NCBI GenBank assembly: GCA_031425655.1
Contig: JANPJS010000078.1
Span: 1 to 31,813 of the forward strand
Source: Abditibacteriaceae bacterium
Lineage (GTDB): Bacteria > Armatimonadota > Abditibacteriia > Abditibacteriales > Abditibacteriaceae
Direction of reading: 5' to 3'
DNA: 31,813 nucleotides
The notes under the pieces were generated by a model. The model saw nothing but the letters and a program-made list of their open reading frames with translations. It was not told the DNA's origin and did no database searches. Below are positions 1 to 9,701 of this stretch, piece by piece; the stretch's first letter is position 1; every line of letters begins with the position of its first letter. The position numbers and the translations under genes were made by a program.

Positions 1-30
1 GATTGCTGTTCTTTGTTTGGAAGAGGGTCC

Positions 31-45
31 GCCCAAAGGGCACCC
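31..45. repeat. Short dispersed motif GCCCAAAGGGCACCC (second copy at 29580-29594)
   Basis: 14/15 identical to GCCCAGAGGGCACCC in the loop of the palindrome at 29555-29624; both copies are intergenic. Confidence 0.5.
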
Positions 46-107
46 AGCCCCGCTCTGCGGCTCAACATCAGCCGCGAATCTATTTTTGCAAGAGGTGTAA
101 CGGTTCG

Positions 108-986
108 TTAAAACGACAAGCCGCTTTTCACCACTTTAGAAGGATCAACCGGCTCCCAGCCGACGCGTATTTCCCAGTGTAAGTGCGGCCCGGTGACGAA
201 GCCGGTCGCGCCGACTTTGCCGATAAGCTGGCCTTTTTTCACCATTTGCCCTTCGCGCACCAAGCGCTGGCTTTGATGAAAATAAAGAGTGAACACGTTG
301 CAGCCGTGGTCAATAACGGTGCAATGGCCGCGCAGCGTCGGCAGGTATTCCGAAAGCACCACGCGCCCGCTGTTGGCCGCCAAAATGGCCGCGCCGGTGC
401 CGGCTTTGATGTCGGCGCCGTTGTGCTGGCCCCACCATTTGCCGTTGACCCAGCGTTTGCGGCCATAAGCCGATGTAGCTTGGCCTTTGGTCGGCAGAAT
501 CCACGCGCCGCTCCACAACGGCCCGGCGTTGGACTCGCGCATTTTGCTTTGCACCAACAGCTTTTCCTGTCGCAGCGCGGCTTTTTTACTCATCGTGGAA
601 GCCATCGAAGCGCCCATTTTCAGGTATTGTTTGGGAAAATTGCGCGGACGGGCGTTAACCGTGGCACTGAGCGTTTGCTCCTGCGTGCCGGCGGCGTTTT
701 GCACCTGCACGCGCGCCGTGACGGGAAAGCGTCCGCCGGGCCGGTCGAAAGGCAGGCCCAAATAAGCCCGCGCGCTGCCATCGCTGCGCGCGAAAAACTT
801 CACGACTGCGGTGTCGAACGCGCTCATGCCGGCGGCGGCGATTTTTTCGCCGGAAGCGGGAAAAATCGTTAGCGTCAGCACGTCGCCGGGTTGGGGCGAG
901 GCCGGTTCGACTTTCAAAGTCGCAGAATGAGCCGATGAAACCGTCAGGGCCAGCACGGAAGTGCAAAGAAGGAATTTGAGTCGCAT
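108..986 (-). CDS. M23 family metallopeptidase, secreted
   Basis: Signal peptide; HNGAD (HxxxD) and GPHLHWE (HxH) zinc motifs; typical 'IDHG...TLYFHQS...V.KGQLIG.VGATG' segment. Confidence 0.93.
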   Translation of the reverse strand: MRLKFLLCTSVLALTVSSAHSATLKVEPASPQPGDVLTLTIFPASGEKIAAAGMSAFDTAVVKFFARSDGSARAYLGLPFDRPGGRFPVTARVQVQNAAGTQEQTLSATVNARPRNFPKQYLKMGASMASTMSKKAALRQEKLLVQSKMRESNAGPLWSGAWILPTKGQATSAYGRKRWVNGKWWGQHNGADIKAGTGAAILAANSGRVVLSEYLPTLRGHCTVIDHGCNVFTLYFHQSQRLVREGQMVKKGQLIGKVGATGFVTGPHLHWEIRVGWEPVDPSKVVKSGLSF

Positions 987-996
987 GAATTTGGAT

Positions 997-1467
997 TTAC
1001 AGCGTGTTTTCGACGCCGTTTGAGGGTTTTTTCGCTTTAAAAAACGCGATTATTGAGAAAATGAACAGCAAAGTCGTGGTCGCGTGTGTCGCCATGCAAA
1101 TCGGACAAAAAGCGCCGATGATGACTTTGGATATATAAACCAACACCGTGGCCGTTGCGATGCCGGCCAGCGAGACGATCACTTGCGTGAGCGCGAAACG
1201 GCGCGGCGAAAACTCGGCTTCGGTGGAAAATGACGTGAGCAGCACCACGGCAAAAAACACCATGCCGTAAACGCCCAAAGGCACGCCAAAAAGCTCTCCG
1301 TATTTGCTGGACAGCACTTTTTCGCAGTTGATCGTCTCGCTCACCGAACAGCCGCTTTCACCGCCGGCTTTGATGATGTTATGCTCGCGCCACGAATACG
1401 CCGACAGCGCCAAGCCGATGATGCCGAGAATCAAATGCGGCCAACTCAAATGGAATTTTTTTTTCAT
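997..1467 (-). CDS. Vitamin K epoxide reductase (VKOR) family protein
   Basis: GCSVSETINCEKVLSSKYG loop cysteines, CPIC active site, 4-5 TM segments; start moved to ATG 1467 (MKKKFHLSW). Confidence 0.9.
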   Translation of the reverse strand: MKKKFHLSWPHLILGIIGLALSAYSWREHNIIKAGGESGCSVSETINCEKVLSSKYGELFGVPLGVYGMVFFAVVLLTSFSTEAEFSPRRFALTQVIVSLAGIATATVLVYISKVIIGAFCPICMATHATTTLLFIFSIIAFFKAKKPSNGVENTL

Positions 1468-1560
1468 ATTTTTATGAACGAAGAAAGCATTTCTTCGTCC
1501 GAACCGGCGATTAATTTGCGCCGCATCGCGTCCACCGCGTTTCGACAAGGAGCAATTCCC

Positions 1561-2283
1561 ATGATTCACCGCAATGTTACGCCTCTCATTCTTGCCTTCG
1601 CGCTCGGCTGTGCCGGCAGCGCCGTTCATGCCCAAACCGTCGTGAGCGATGTCGGTCAGTGGCCGGCATCCCAAGCTTCAGCCAAAGCGCCGCTCGCAGC
1701 CCGCGCGGCAGCCCGCGCCAACGCACAATCCATTACCTCATTTGGCTCCAGTTCAGCGACTCACATCACAACGCCGAGCGCCGTCTCAGCGAGTCATCTC
1801 GCAGCGCCGGGCACCAGCGCGTTCCACAAGCCTCGCCGCAATGTAACAATCATTATCGGCGACAATTCCCAGCCGATTTATGTGCCGTCGCACAATTATC
1901 CGTCTTACCCGGCGTATCCAACTTATCCGGCCTATCCCAACACCGGCTACGGCTATTCAAGCTCCAATTACGGCTCGTCGGTTTCCATTTCGACGCCGGG
2001 ATTTCAAGACCCGAATTACCGTTTGTTCCCGTGGACAACGACCGTGACGACCTGGGGTTCAAATCCCAATTATGGCCATTGCGCGCCGCAATATCCGCAA
2101 TATAACTCGTATCCCTCGTATCCGGCCTACCCGACTTACGTGCCCGGCCCGGCCATCAACGGCTATCGCGGCGCGGCGGGTCATGGCGGCTACAACTACA
2201 ACGGCGGCAGCATGGTCGGCGGCGGCTACATCGGCAACAACAGCATTGCGCCGCCTTACATCGGCAGCGTGCGCACTCGTTAA
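1561..2283 (+). CDS. Secreted Tyr/Pro/Gly/Ser-rich low-complexity hypothetical protein
   Basis: AAGGAG RBS before ATG 1561; signal peptide ending AVHA-Q; repeated YP(S/A/T) triplets. Confidence 0.75.
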   Translation: MIHRNVTPLILAFALGCAGSAVHAQTVVSDVGQWPASQASAKAPLAARAAARANAQSITSFGSSSATHITTPSAVSASHLAAPGTSAFHKPRRNVTIIIGDNSQPIYVPSHNYPSYPAYPTYPAYPNTGYGYSSSNYGSSVSISTPGFQDPNYRLFPWTTTVTTWGSNPNYGHCAPQYPQYNSYPSYPAYPTYVPGPAINGYRGAAGHGGYNYNGGSMVGGGYIGNNSIAPPYIGSVRTR

Positions 2284-2293
2284 TTCGAGAGCT

Positions 2294-3169
2294 TCAATCC
2301 GCGGGCGCAGCCGTCAATTCGACGGTTGCGCCCGCTTCGTTTTTCAGACCGGCGGCTTCTAATGCGCTCGCCACACGCGCCGGCAGTTTCTCGCGCACTA
2401 AAGCCGTGCGAGCCGGTTGCACTTGCAACAAAAAACGCAGGCGACTTCCTTCGTTCGATGGTTCAGTGAGGCTCGTCTCGTCCGGCCACACGTCGAATAT
2501 CGCATCGAAATCGCTCAGCGCGGCCTGCGTGGCCGCAATAACTTCATCTCGATTCGCCGTCGCGGAAACCGGCACCCAAAGCCAAAATTCGGCGGCGCTG
2601 CGCGCAGAACGCGCTACGGTTGTAATCGCGCCGTTTGGGAAAAAGTGAATTTGCCCCAATTCGTCGCGCAGGCTGGTAACGCGCAAACCAACTTCGTGAA
2701 CGCGCCCGGCAACGCCGTTGATTTTCACGTAATCGCCCACCGCGAATTGCCCCTCGAACACGATAAAAAGGCCGGCGACCACGTCGCGCACCAAATTCTG
2801 GCCGCCAAGCCCCAACGCCGCGCCCAAAAAGCCCGCCGGAAATAGCAAAGAATCGGGTTTCAGCAAGTTGAGTTGGCTGAATATCAACAAAATTGCCGCG
2901 CCGAAAAGAACGTAGCGGGCGCTGTTGACTACCAGATGCAAGGCGGTCAGGCGTTGCGCCGCGGCGATGGATTCGCGTGGATCGCCTTCGGCTAACTGCG
3001 CGTGCAGAGCCTCAAAACGCAGACGAGCGCGCTGCGCGGCGCGGCGCACCAACGCCCAAATAAACAGCGTGACGACGGCGATGACCAGCACGCCGAAAGC
3101 GCGCGTAATCCACGCGGCGTAGACCGATTTTTCGAGTGCCGCAATCCATTCAGGTAGAGAGAATCGCAC
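2294..3169 (-). CDS. Small-conductance mechanosensitive channel (MscS family)
   Basis: 'ALGLGGQNLVRDVVAGLFIVFEGQFAVGDYV...G.V.EVGLRVT.LR...G..HFFPNG' MscS signature; start uncertain (GTG 3169 with GAGGG upstream, or TTG 3181). Confidence 0.9.
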   Translation of the reverse strand: MRFSLPEWIAALEKSVYAAWITRAFGVLVIAVVTLFIWALVRRAAQRARLRFEALHAQLAEGDPRESIAAAQRLTALHLVVNSARYVLFGAAILLIFSQLNLLKPDSLLFPAGFLGAALGLGGQNLVRDVVAGLFIVFEGQFAVGDYVKINGVAGRVHEVGLRVTSLRDELGQIHFFPNGAITTVARSARSAAEFWLWVPVSATANRDEVIAATQAALSDFDAIFDVWPDETSLTEPSNEGSRLRFLLQVQPARTALVREKLPARVASALEAAGLKNEAGATVELTAAPAD

Positions 3170-3890
3170 GCGAACCCTCAACCTTCACGCGCAGAGAGCG
3201 CGGCTGAAACGGCACATCGGCAACATCAAGCACAGGATTCAGCTTCTCGCTGAACTTGTTCTTAACGAAGTTCGGAACTTCGTGACCATTCAACTTAAGC
3301 GAGATGATGTCGGCGTAAACCTTATTGTCGCTGGAAACACGCAGTTTTCCCACGCCAGTCACGGGGCCGCTGAACCAGTTCCACGACCAGTTGCCCGAAA
3401 CGTGAAGAACATCACCATGTTGCGCGTCTTTTCCATATTTCACAACCAAACCCATTTCCGCTGAACGCTTGCCTTTCGCTAACATCGCTGTCAAATCGGA
3501 CTCGGTTATCACGGCGCGGAATTTAGTTTGCGATTGGATGACCTGAATTTTTCCCTCAGCTAACTTTGCCATGTCAAGTTGGACGTTGCGGGAGTGAATC
3601 AAAAGTTCCGCAAGGCGCAGCTTTTTCATCTGCGCCGGTTGCCCCTCAATGGCGATTTCCGAAAAGTAACCCTGATCAGCGCGTGCAGTGGGCTTCACCA
3701 CCAATTTGAGGCTGTTATTCGGGCTGGTGACATTTTCTCGGATGATTTTCTCGACGCGCGCCGCGACTTTTTTGTCTTGAGCATCCAGCGAGGAAGTCGC
3801 TGTCACGCCCGGTTGGTGCGCTACGAAAGTTCCCAGAAGAAGGGCGCCTATGGCCTTTGGCGCGCTGGATTTCCATTGAAGATTTTGCAT
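3150..3890 (-). CDS. LmeA/DUF2993-like exported protein
   Basis: N-terminal signal or anchor; beta-rich body with 'AVITESDLTAML' and 'LNPVLDV' motifs typical of DUF2993. Confidence 0.65.
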   Translation of the reverse strand: MQNLQWKSSAPKAIGALLLGTFVAHQPGVTATSSLDAQDKKVAARVEKIIRENVTSPNNSLKLVVKPTARADQGYFSEIAIEGQPAQMKKLRLAELLIHSRNVQLDMAKLAEGKIQVIQSQTKFRAVITESDLTAMLAKGKRSAEMGLVVKYGKDAQHGDVLHVSGNWSWNWFSGPVTGVGKLRVSSDNKVYADIISLKLNGHEVPNFVKNKFSEKLNPVLDVADVPFQPRSLRVKVEGSRAILST

Positions 3891-3918
3891 GATGTTTGCC
3901 TGCCTCTCTCAGTGAAAC

Positions 3919-3954
3919 AAAAACAGCCGGACGTATAAACGTCCGGCTGTTTTT
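3919..3954 (-). terminator. Intrinsic terminator (symmetric A/T tails)
   Basis: Perfect 16-bp inverted repeat AAAAACAGCCGGACGT/ACGTCCGGCTGTTTTT with 4-nt loop, 30 bp downstream of the stop at 3984. Confidence 0.85.
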
Positions 3955-3983
3955 TCGGCAAAATCAATGGCTGCGCGCGGTAG

Positions 3984-5063
3984 TTACTGCACATTCGAGC
4001 GCATCATATCGCGGCGAAGCCGGTAATAATCGGTGGTGTCACGATACGCGACGGCTTCGTTCAGGCGCACGCCAATCGCGGTGCCGGCGGGAACTGCGGC
4101 TTCAGCAGAGCGATTCTTGTTCTTCTGAGCGTCATAAAGATAACCGCCCAAACCGCCCAACACGGCGGCCAGCGTGCCGTTTTTCTTCAGCAAAACCTTG
4201 CCGATTACATAGCCGGCGCCAGCGCCGATGCCGATGACTTTCAGCTTGTTCGATTTGCTGGAGTTCTTAGCAACTAAGCGCCCGCTGGCGTTAGTGGTGA
4301 CGGTCTTGTTGTCAAGCGAAACCAAGTCGCCCGAAAAGCTGTGACGGCTGTTGTCCGGCAGAACCACGCTGCGGAAATCCAACGCTAACACACCCGGCTC
4401 ACTACCGCGTTTTGGCGTGGCTTCGATGACGACGCCCTCAATCTTGCTGCCGGCGGGAAACTCGGAATCGCCGGCGCGAACGCTTTTCACCGTGGCCGTA
4501 AAAGGATCACCGACGCGCGAGGTCGCCGAAGACAACGATTGATCCAGAGTGACGGGAACGACAACGCCTGCCGGAATGCGAATATCGCGCACGCCCGCCG
4601 TTGCGGTGCCCGTAGAACCCGGAACTGCGGCGACGGCGCCGCTGCTTTGAATGCTTACCAACTGAAGCGCGTTGTTCCACTGCACGGTCGCGCCCATCGC
4701 TTCGGAAACGAAGCGCAGCGGCACCATCGTGCTGCCGTTGACCGCCATCGGCGCCTGATCGAGATTCACGGTTTGCCCGTTGACCGTAGCCACCTTGCGA
4801 CCCATTTGCATTTGCACCTGCGTGGCGCCGCGTTGGGCGTTGATGCCTTGCGTCAGCGCGTTCCAATCCACTTTGGCGCCCAGCGCCTCGAAAATGTCGC
4901 GCATCGGAACCAGAATGCGGCCATTGGTGCTCATCGGCGCGACCGAAGTGCGCAGAGTTTGGCCGTTCAACTGAACTTCCGCCGCTTCCGCGGGGATGAC
5001 GGTGGCCGCAGCAAAAGTCGCCAGCGCCAGAGTCGCGTGTTTTTTCGTGATGTAATTTTTCAT
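3984..5063 (-). CDS. Secreted protein: copper amine oxidase N-terminal (stalk) domain plus VirB10/TrbI-like domain with Gly-rich hairpin
   Basis: 'GRILVPMRDIFEALGAKVDW' and 'TMVPLRFVSEAMGATVQW' stalk repeats; C-terminal 'IPAG..VPVTLDQSLSS...GDPFTATV...PAGSKIEG' domain. Confidence 0.85.
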   Translation of the reverse strand: MKNYITKKHATLALATFAAATVIPAEAAEVQLNGQTLRTSVAPMSTNGRILVPMRDIFEALGAKVDWNALTQGINAQRGATQVQMQMGRKVATVNGQTVNLDQAPMAVNGSTMVPLRFVSEAMGATVQWNNALQLVSIQSSGAVAAVPGSTGTATAGVRDIRIPAGVVVPVTLDQSLSSATSRVGDPFTATVKSVRAGDSEFPAGSKIEGVVIEATPKRGSEPGVLALDFRSVVLPDNSRHSFSGDLVSLDNKTVTTNASGRLVAKNSSKSNKLKVIGIGAGAGYVIGKVLLKKNGTLAAVLGGLGGYLYDAQKNKNRSAEAAVPAGTAIGVRLNEAVAYRDTTDYYRLRRDMMRSNVQ

Positions 5064-5116
5064 GTCTAATCGTTCTCCCTGAATGGCGACTGATGCGCCG
5101 TTCGTATTTAAAATAA

Positions 5117-5154
5117 CAGGAGCGGCGCTACGGATGTTTCCGGCGCCGCTCCTG
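5117..5154 (-). terminator. Intrinsic terminator
   Basis: 12-bp stem CAGGAGCGGCGC/GCGCCGCTCCTG followed on the minus strand by TTATTTT; just downstream of the stop at 5177. Confidence 0.75.
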
Positions 5155-5176
5155 ATTGTGCGAAGTTAGCACGAAT

Positions 5177-7474
5177 TTAGCCACGCAAATACTGCGTGCG
5201 ATAATCGGCGTAGCCTTGTTGATCGCGGTAAGCAACGGCGCCATCTAAACGAACGCCCAGTTTCGTGCCGCGTGTCACAACGGCCTCGGAAGCGTTCTTA
5301 TTCCTGGACTGACCGTAAAGAAAGCCGCCTGCCGCGCCTAAGACCGCCGTAATGGTGCTGTTCTTTTTGAGGACTTTGCCCAGCACGAAGCCGACGCCGG
5401 CACCGATGCCCACGACTTTCAATCGGTCGCCCGTGCTTTGTCCCTTTCCAGCCTTAGCGACGATGCGTCCGCTGGACTGAGTGAGGTCTTTGTCGTCCAA
5501 CGAAATCAAACGCGCGTTCAGCGGAACCGTTGTGCCGTCGGGCAGCAAAGCGGTGCGGAAATCCAGGTCGAGAATGCCCGGCTGGTCGCCGCGACGTGGC
5601 ACCGATTCCGTCACAATGCCTTCGATTCTGGTTCCGGCGGGAAATTCTGAGTCGCCGATACGCTCCGAATTAATGGTCGCAGTAAAGGTTTGGCCCACTC
5701 TGGCTGTGGCCGAGCTAAGGTCTTGATCGAGAGTCACCGGCACAACCACGTTGCCGGGAATGCGAATGGTGCGATAACCCGCGCTTTGCGCGCCCACTGG
5801 CGGATAACTCTGATTGTAATCCGGCTGCGTATTATTCACAGGATAGCCCGGTTGCGGATACGTTTGACGATTGGTCGCCGGAGGATAATTCGGATTAACC
5901 GGCTGCCCAAGATCGAAGTTACCTGGATTGCCCTGATTGCCCTGCGGATAGGTGTTACCCTGCGGATATGTCGCCGGAGGATAGGTATTGGGATTGTTGT
6001 TCGCGGGAAGCGGAGCCGGTAAGGCGCCTGTATAAGGCGGATAATTCGGCTCAATTACAGGAACGTAATCATTCGCGGCAGACGGTGTGTAATTGGGCTG
6101 AGTCGCCGGTTGCGGGTAGGCCGGCGGTTGGTAGCCCGGTTGTTGATACTGCGGCTGATTGGGCGCAGGCTGCGTGTAAACCGGCTGAGTCGCCGGTGGT
6201 TGATAATTTGGCTGGCCGGCTGGTGGCTGATAATTCGGCTGATACGCCGGCACGCGCGCATCGGCTATCGTCGGCACGCCCAAGATGGATTGGCTCACGC
6301 TGGTGCGTAAGAACGCCTCACGGTCGGGGGCATAATTCGCGGTGTCGGCGTAAGTGATGCCGTCCGTCAAGCGCACGCCGAGTTTGGTGTTCTGCGACAA
6401 AGTCGCTTCGGCAGCGCGGTTCTTGTCGCGCGAACGGCTATAAAGGTAGCCGCCGGCAGCGCCCAGAACGGTTGTCAACGTGGTGTTGGTTTTGAGAACT
6501 TTGCCCAGAACAAAGCCTGCGCCGGCACCGATGCCGACGATTTTCAACTTGTCGCCGGTGCTTTGACCGGAATGGGTTTTGGCGACGATGCGCCCGTTGT
6601 CGCTGACCACGCTGTCGCGGTCAAGCGAAATCAGTTCACCGCGCAAAGGAATGCGCGAATTATCCGGCAAGAGCGCAGAAAGCAATTCGAGATCAAGCAC
6701 GCCCGGCTCGTCGCCTTGACGCGGCTTCGATTCGATAACGCGCCCTTCCAACTTGGTTCCGGCGGGAAACTCGGAATCGCCGAGTCGCTGCGAGAGAACC
6801 GTGGCCGTAAAGGCATCGCCCACGCGCGTCGTCGCCGAGGAAAGACCCTGATCCAGTGAAACCGGCACAACGGCGCTTGGCGGCACGCTGATATAGCGAA
6901 TACCCGCTACCTGCGAACCCAGCGCCGGTTGAACCGGCTGCGCTACGGGTTGCGGCGCCGGCAACGGCAGCGAAGGCGTTTGCGCAATTGGCGCGTCGGG
7001 CAAGACGGCGATGGGTGCGGACACGAACGATGAGCCGGTGTTGATGCTGACCAGTTGCAACGCATCGTTCCACTTCACATCGGCGCCCATGGCTTCGGAA
7101 ACGAAGCGCAGCGGCACCATGGTGCGGCCTCGCAGCAGCGTGGCGGGTTGATCAAGCAAAACCGTGCGGCCATTAATGGCGGCGCGGCGGTTGTTGATGC
7201 CCAGGTCAACAACGGTGTTATCTTTTTGGGCCGTGATTTTTTGCGTGGCCGGATCCCAGATTACTGTCGCGCCCAACGCTTCAAAGATGTCGCGCATCGG
7301 CACAACGGTGCGCTCGCGGATTTTCACCGGGGCGACCGAGGTATTCAACGGCTGACCGTTGAGTTGCACTTGGATTGCGGCTTGCGCGGTATCTACAAAT
7401 ACCAGCGCGCCGCCGCTGAGCGCCAGTGCCAGCGCTCCGGCGGTCTTGGCTTGTGTTGACTTTCTTGTATTCAT
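5177..7474 (-). CDS. Secreted stalk-domain protein with two VirB10/TrbI-like domains and a P/Q/Y/N-rich linker; paralog of 3984-5063
   Basis: Same stalk motifs; two copies of the 'GDSEFPAGT..EG...PG.LDL' domain; GGGAG RBS. Confidence 0.85.
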   Translation of the reverse strand: MNTRKSTQAKTAGALALALSGGALVFVDTAQAAIQVQLNGQPLNTSVAPVKIRERTVVPMRDIFEALGATVIWDPATQKITAQKDNTVVDLGINNRRAAINGRTVLLDQPATLLRGRTMVPLRFVSEAMGADVKWNDALQLVSINTGSSFVSAPIAVLPDAPIAQTPSLPLPAPQPVAQPVQPALGSQVAGIRYISVPPSAVVPVSLDQGLSSATTRVGDAFTATVLSQRLGDSEFPAGTKLEGRVIESKPRQGDEPGVLDLELLSALLPDNSRIPLRGELISLDRDSVVSDNGRIVAKTHSGQSTGDKLKIVGIGAGAGFVLGKVLKTNTTLTTVLGAAGGYLYSRSRDKNRAAEATLSQNTKLGVRLTDGITYADTANYAPDREAFLRTSVSQSILGVPTIADARVPAYQPNYQPPAGQPNYQPPATQPVYTQPAPNQPQYQQPGYQPPAYPQPATQPNYTPSAANDYVPVIEPNYPPYTGALPAPLPANNNPNTYPPATYPQGNTYPQGNQGNPGNFDLGQPVNPNYPPATNRQTYPQPGYPVNNTQPDYNQSYPPVGAQSAGYRTIRIPGNVVVPVTLDQDLSSATARVGQTFTATINSERIGDSEFPAGTRIEGIVTESVPRRGDQPGILDLDFRTALLPDGTTVPLNARLISLDDKDLTQSSGRIVAKAGKGQSTGDRLKVVGIGAGVGFVLGKVLKKNSTITAVLGAAGGFLYGQSRNKNASEAVVTRGTKLGVRLDGAVAYRDQQGYADYRTQYLRG

Positions 7475-7488
7475 GGTTTCACTCCCAA

Positions 7489-7514
7489 TGTCGTAAAGTT
7501 ACGACTTTACGGCA
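7489..7514. promoter_or_regulatory. Inverted repeat just upstream of the RBS of 5177-7474 (operator or 5' hairpin)
   Basis: TGTCGTAAAGT-tacg-ACTTTACGGCA, 10 of 11 positions complementary. Confidence 0.4.
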
Positions 7515-7587
7515 GAAACGTCCGTCACGACGGCACGAAGATGCAAATTGTTCGCCTCAATAATTTATTGGCATAAAAAATTTCGTG

Positions 7588-9663
7588 TTATCCGGCGTTG
7601 ACCAGTTCACGCAGCGCCAGCAATTCGTCGCGCAATTGCGCGGCGCGCTCGAAATCTAAAGCGGCGGCGGCGGCCCTCATTTCGCTTTGCAGTTCGTCGA
7701 GAATCTTCGGCAAATCTTCGGCTTTCGGCTTGCCTTTGGTCAGCGAAGACGGCATCAATTCGGCGCGCGTGTCGGCCAAAATCTCGGAGATCAAATCGTC
7801 TCGAATCGCCTTTTGAATGCCCTGCGGCGTGATGCCATGACGCGCATTGTAATCCATTTGCAAGGCGCGGCGGCGATTGGTTTCGTCAATGGCGCGCTGC
7901 ATCGAACCGGTCATGCGGTCGGCATACATCACGACCTGGCCTTCAACGTGGCGCGCGGCGCGTCCGATGGTTTGAATCAGCGAAGTTTCGCTACGCAAAA
8001 AGCCTTCTTTATCGGCATCAAGAATTGCTACGAGCGAGACTTCTGGCAAATCCAGCCCTTCGCGCAATAAATTGATGCCGACAACCACGTTATATTTGCC
8101 CAACCGCAAATCGCGCAAAATCGCCGAACGCTCCAGCGTCACCACGTCCGAATGCAAATAATGCACTTTAATGTTCAATTCCTTGAGATAATCGGTCAGG
8201 TCTTCGGCCATGCGCTTGGTCAAAGTGGTCACTAAAACGCGCTGGTTTTTCGCCGTGCGCGCGTTGATTTCGCCTAATAAATCGTCAATTTGGCCGCGCG
8301 ACGGGCGCACCGAAATTTCCGGGTCAATCAGGCCCGTCGGACGAATGATTTGCTCGACCAACTGGCCGGTTACATCGTCTGTTGGGCGCCATTCCTTGAG
8401 AATCGGCTTGCCTTTGGCGTCTTCTTCGAGAATGATTTGCTCGTAGCCGATGGCCTTCATTTCGTAAGGGCCGGGCGTGGCCGACGTATAAATCGTCTGG
8501 CCCATGTGCGCCTCGAATTCCTCGAATTTCAGCGGGCGATTATCGAAAGCGGCGGGCAGGCGAAAACCGTATTCTATCAGCACTTCTTTGCGGGCGCGGT
8601 CGCCGTTATACATGGCGCGAAGCTGCGGCAAAGTCTGGTGCGATTCATCTAAAATCAGCAGAAAATCCTTCGGAAAATAATCGAGAAGCGTGAAAGGCGG
8701 CGCGCCCGGCTCGCGGCCATCGAGATAACGGCTGTAGTTTTCAATGCCGTTGCAATAGCCGACTTCGCGCATCATTTCCAAGTCGAAACGCACGCGCTGC
8801 ATGAGTCTTTGCGCTTCCAACAACTTGTTTTGTGACTTGAAATATTCGACTTGCGCTTCTAAATCCAGCTCGATTTGCGCGATGGCACCGGCCATGCGAT
8901 CTTCATCGGCGATAAAGTGCGTGGCGGGAAATATCGTGGTGAATTTGCGCTCTTCGACGACTTCGCCCGTCACTTGATTGATGATTTGGATGCTTTCGAT
9001 TTCGTCGCCAAAAGTATCAATGCGCGTGATGTGTTCGGCATCGCGCGGATGAATTTCCAGCACGTCGCCGCGCACGCGAAAGGTGCCGCGTATCAAGTTG
9101 ATGTCGTTGCGCGCGAACTGCATCGTGACCAGTTTTTCCAGCGTGGCGCGGCGGTCTATTTCCATTCCGACGCGGAAATCGAGAACGGTTTTTTGATACA
9201 TTTCCGGCGTGCCCAAACCGTAAATGCACGACACGCTGGCCACGACAATCACGTCGCGGCGCGAAGTCAGACTTTGCGTGGTCGAGTGGCGCAAACGGTC
9301 TATTTCCTCGTTGCGCGACGATTCTTTTTCGATATAAAGGTCGCTGGACGGAACGTAGGCTTCGGGCTGATAATAATCGTAATACGAAACGAAGTAATTG
9401 ACGGCGTTTTCGGGGAAAAACTCGCGGATTTCCTGACAAAGCTGCGCCGCCAGAGTCTTGTTGTGCGCCAAAACCAAAGTCGGGCGTTGAAGACGGTGAA
9501 TAACCTGCGATGCGGTATACGTTTTCCCGGTTCCCGTCGCGCCCAATAAAACCTGATGCGCCAGTCCGTCGCGGGCGCCCTGCGTCAATTTATCAATGGC
9601 CTGCGGCTGATCGCCGGCAGGCGGAAAAGGCGAGGCTATCTTGAATTCTCCGGTGCGTTTCAT
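7588..9663 (-). CDS. uvrB: Excinuclease ABC subunit B
   Basis: GATGTGKT Walker [15 protein letters not shown] beta-hairpin, [27 protein letters not shown]-terminal UVR domain ([11 protein letters not shown]). Confidence 0.99.
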   Translation of the reverse strand: MKRTGEFKIASPFPPAGDQPQAIDKLTQGARDGLAHQVLLGATGTGKTYTASQVIHRLQRPTLVLAHNKTLAAQLCQEIREFFPENAVNYFVSYYDYYQPEAYVPSSDLYIEKESSRNEEIDRLRHSTTQSLTSRRDVIVVASVSCIYGLGTPEMYQKTVLDFRVGMEIDRRATLEKLVTMQFARNDINLIRGTFRVRGDVLEIHPRDAEHITRIDTFGDEIESIQIINQVTGEVVEERKFTTIFPATHFIADEDRMAGAIAQIELDLEAQVEYFKSQNKLLEAQRLMQRVRFDLEMMREVGYCNGIENYSRYLDGREPGAPPFTLLDYFPKDFLLILDESHQTLPQLRAMYNGDRARKEVLIEYGFRLPAAFDNRPLKFEEFEAHMGQTIYTSATPGPYEMKAIGYEQIILEEDAKGKPILKEWRPTDDVTGQLVEQIIRPTGLIDPEISVRPSRGQIDDLLGEINARTAKNQRVLVTTLTKRMAEDLTDYLKELNIKVHYLHSDVVTLERSAILRDLRLGKYNVVVGINLLREGLDLPEVSLVAILDADKEGFLRSETSLIQTIGRAARHVEGQVVMYADRMTGSMQRAIDETNRRRALQMDYNARHGITPQGIQKAIRDDLISEILADTRAELMPSSLTKGKPKAEDLPKILDELQSEMRAAAAALDFERAAQLRDELLALRELVNAG

Positions 9664-9670
9664 GCGCGCA

Positions 9671-9679
9671 AGTTTAGCA
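9671..9679 (-). promoter_or_regulatory. Extended -10 element (TGcTAAACT), probable leaderless uvrB promoter
   Basis: TGCTAAACT ends 7 nt before the uvrB ATG; no Shine-Dalgarno sequence in between. Confidence 0.5.
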
Positions 9680-9701
9680 AGCGTGAGGCCGGAGTCTGGG
9701 T

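Noticed and set aside
1381..1674. Long overlapping N-terminal extensions of VKOR and the plus-strand ORF in the ORF track
   Set aside because: Better starts at 1467 (-) and 1561 (+, with RBS and signal peptide) remove the overlap.
9664..9701. LexA/SOS box upstream of uvrB
   Set aside because: No recognisable dyad (CTGT-N8-ACAG or GAAC-N4-GTTC) in the 38-bp gap.
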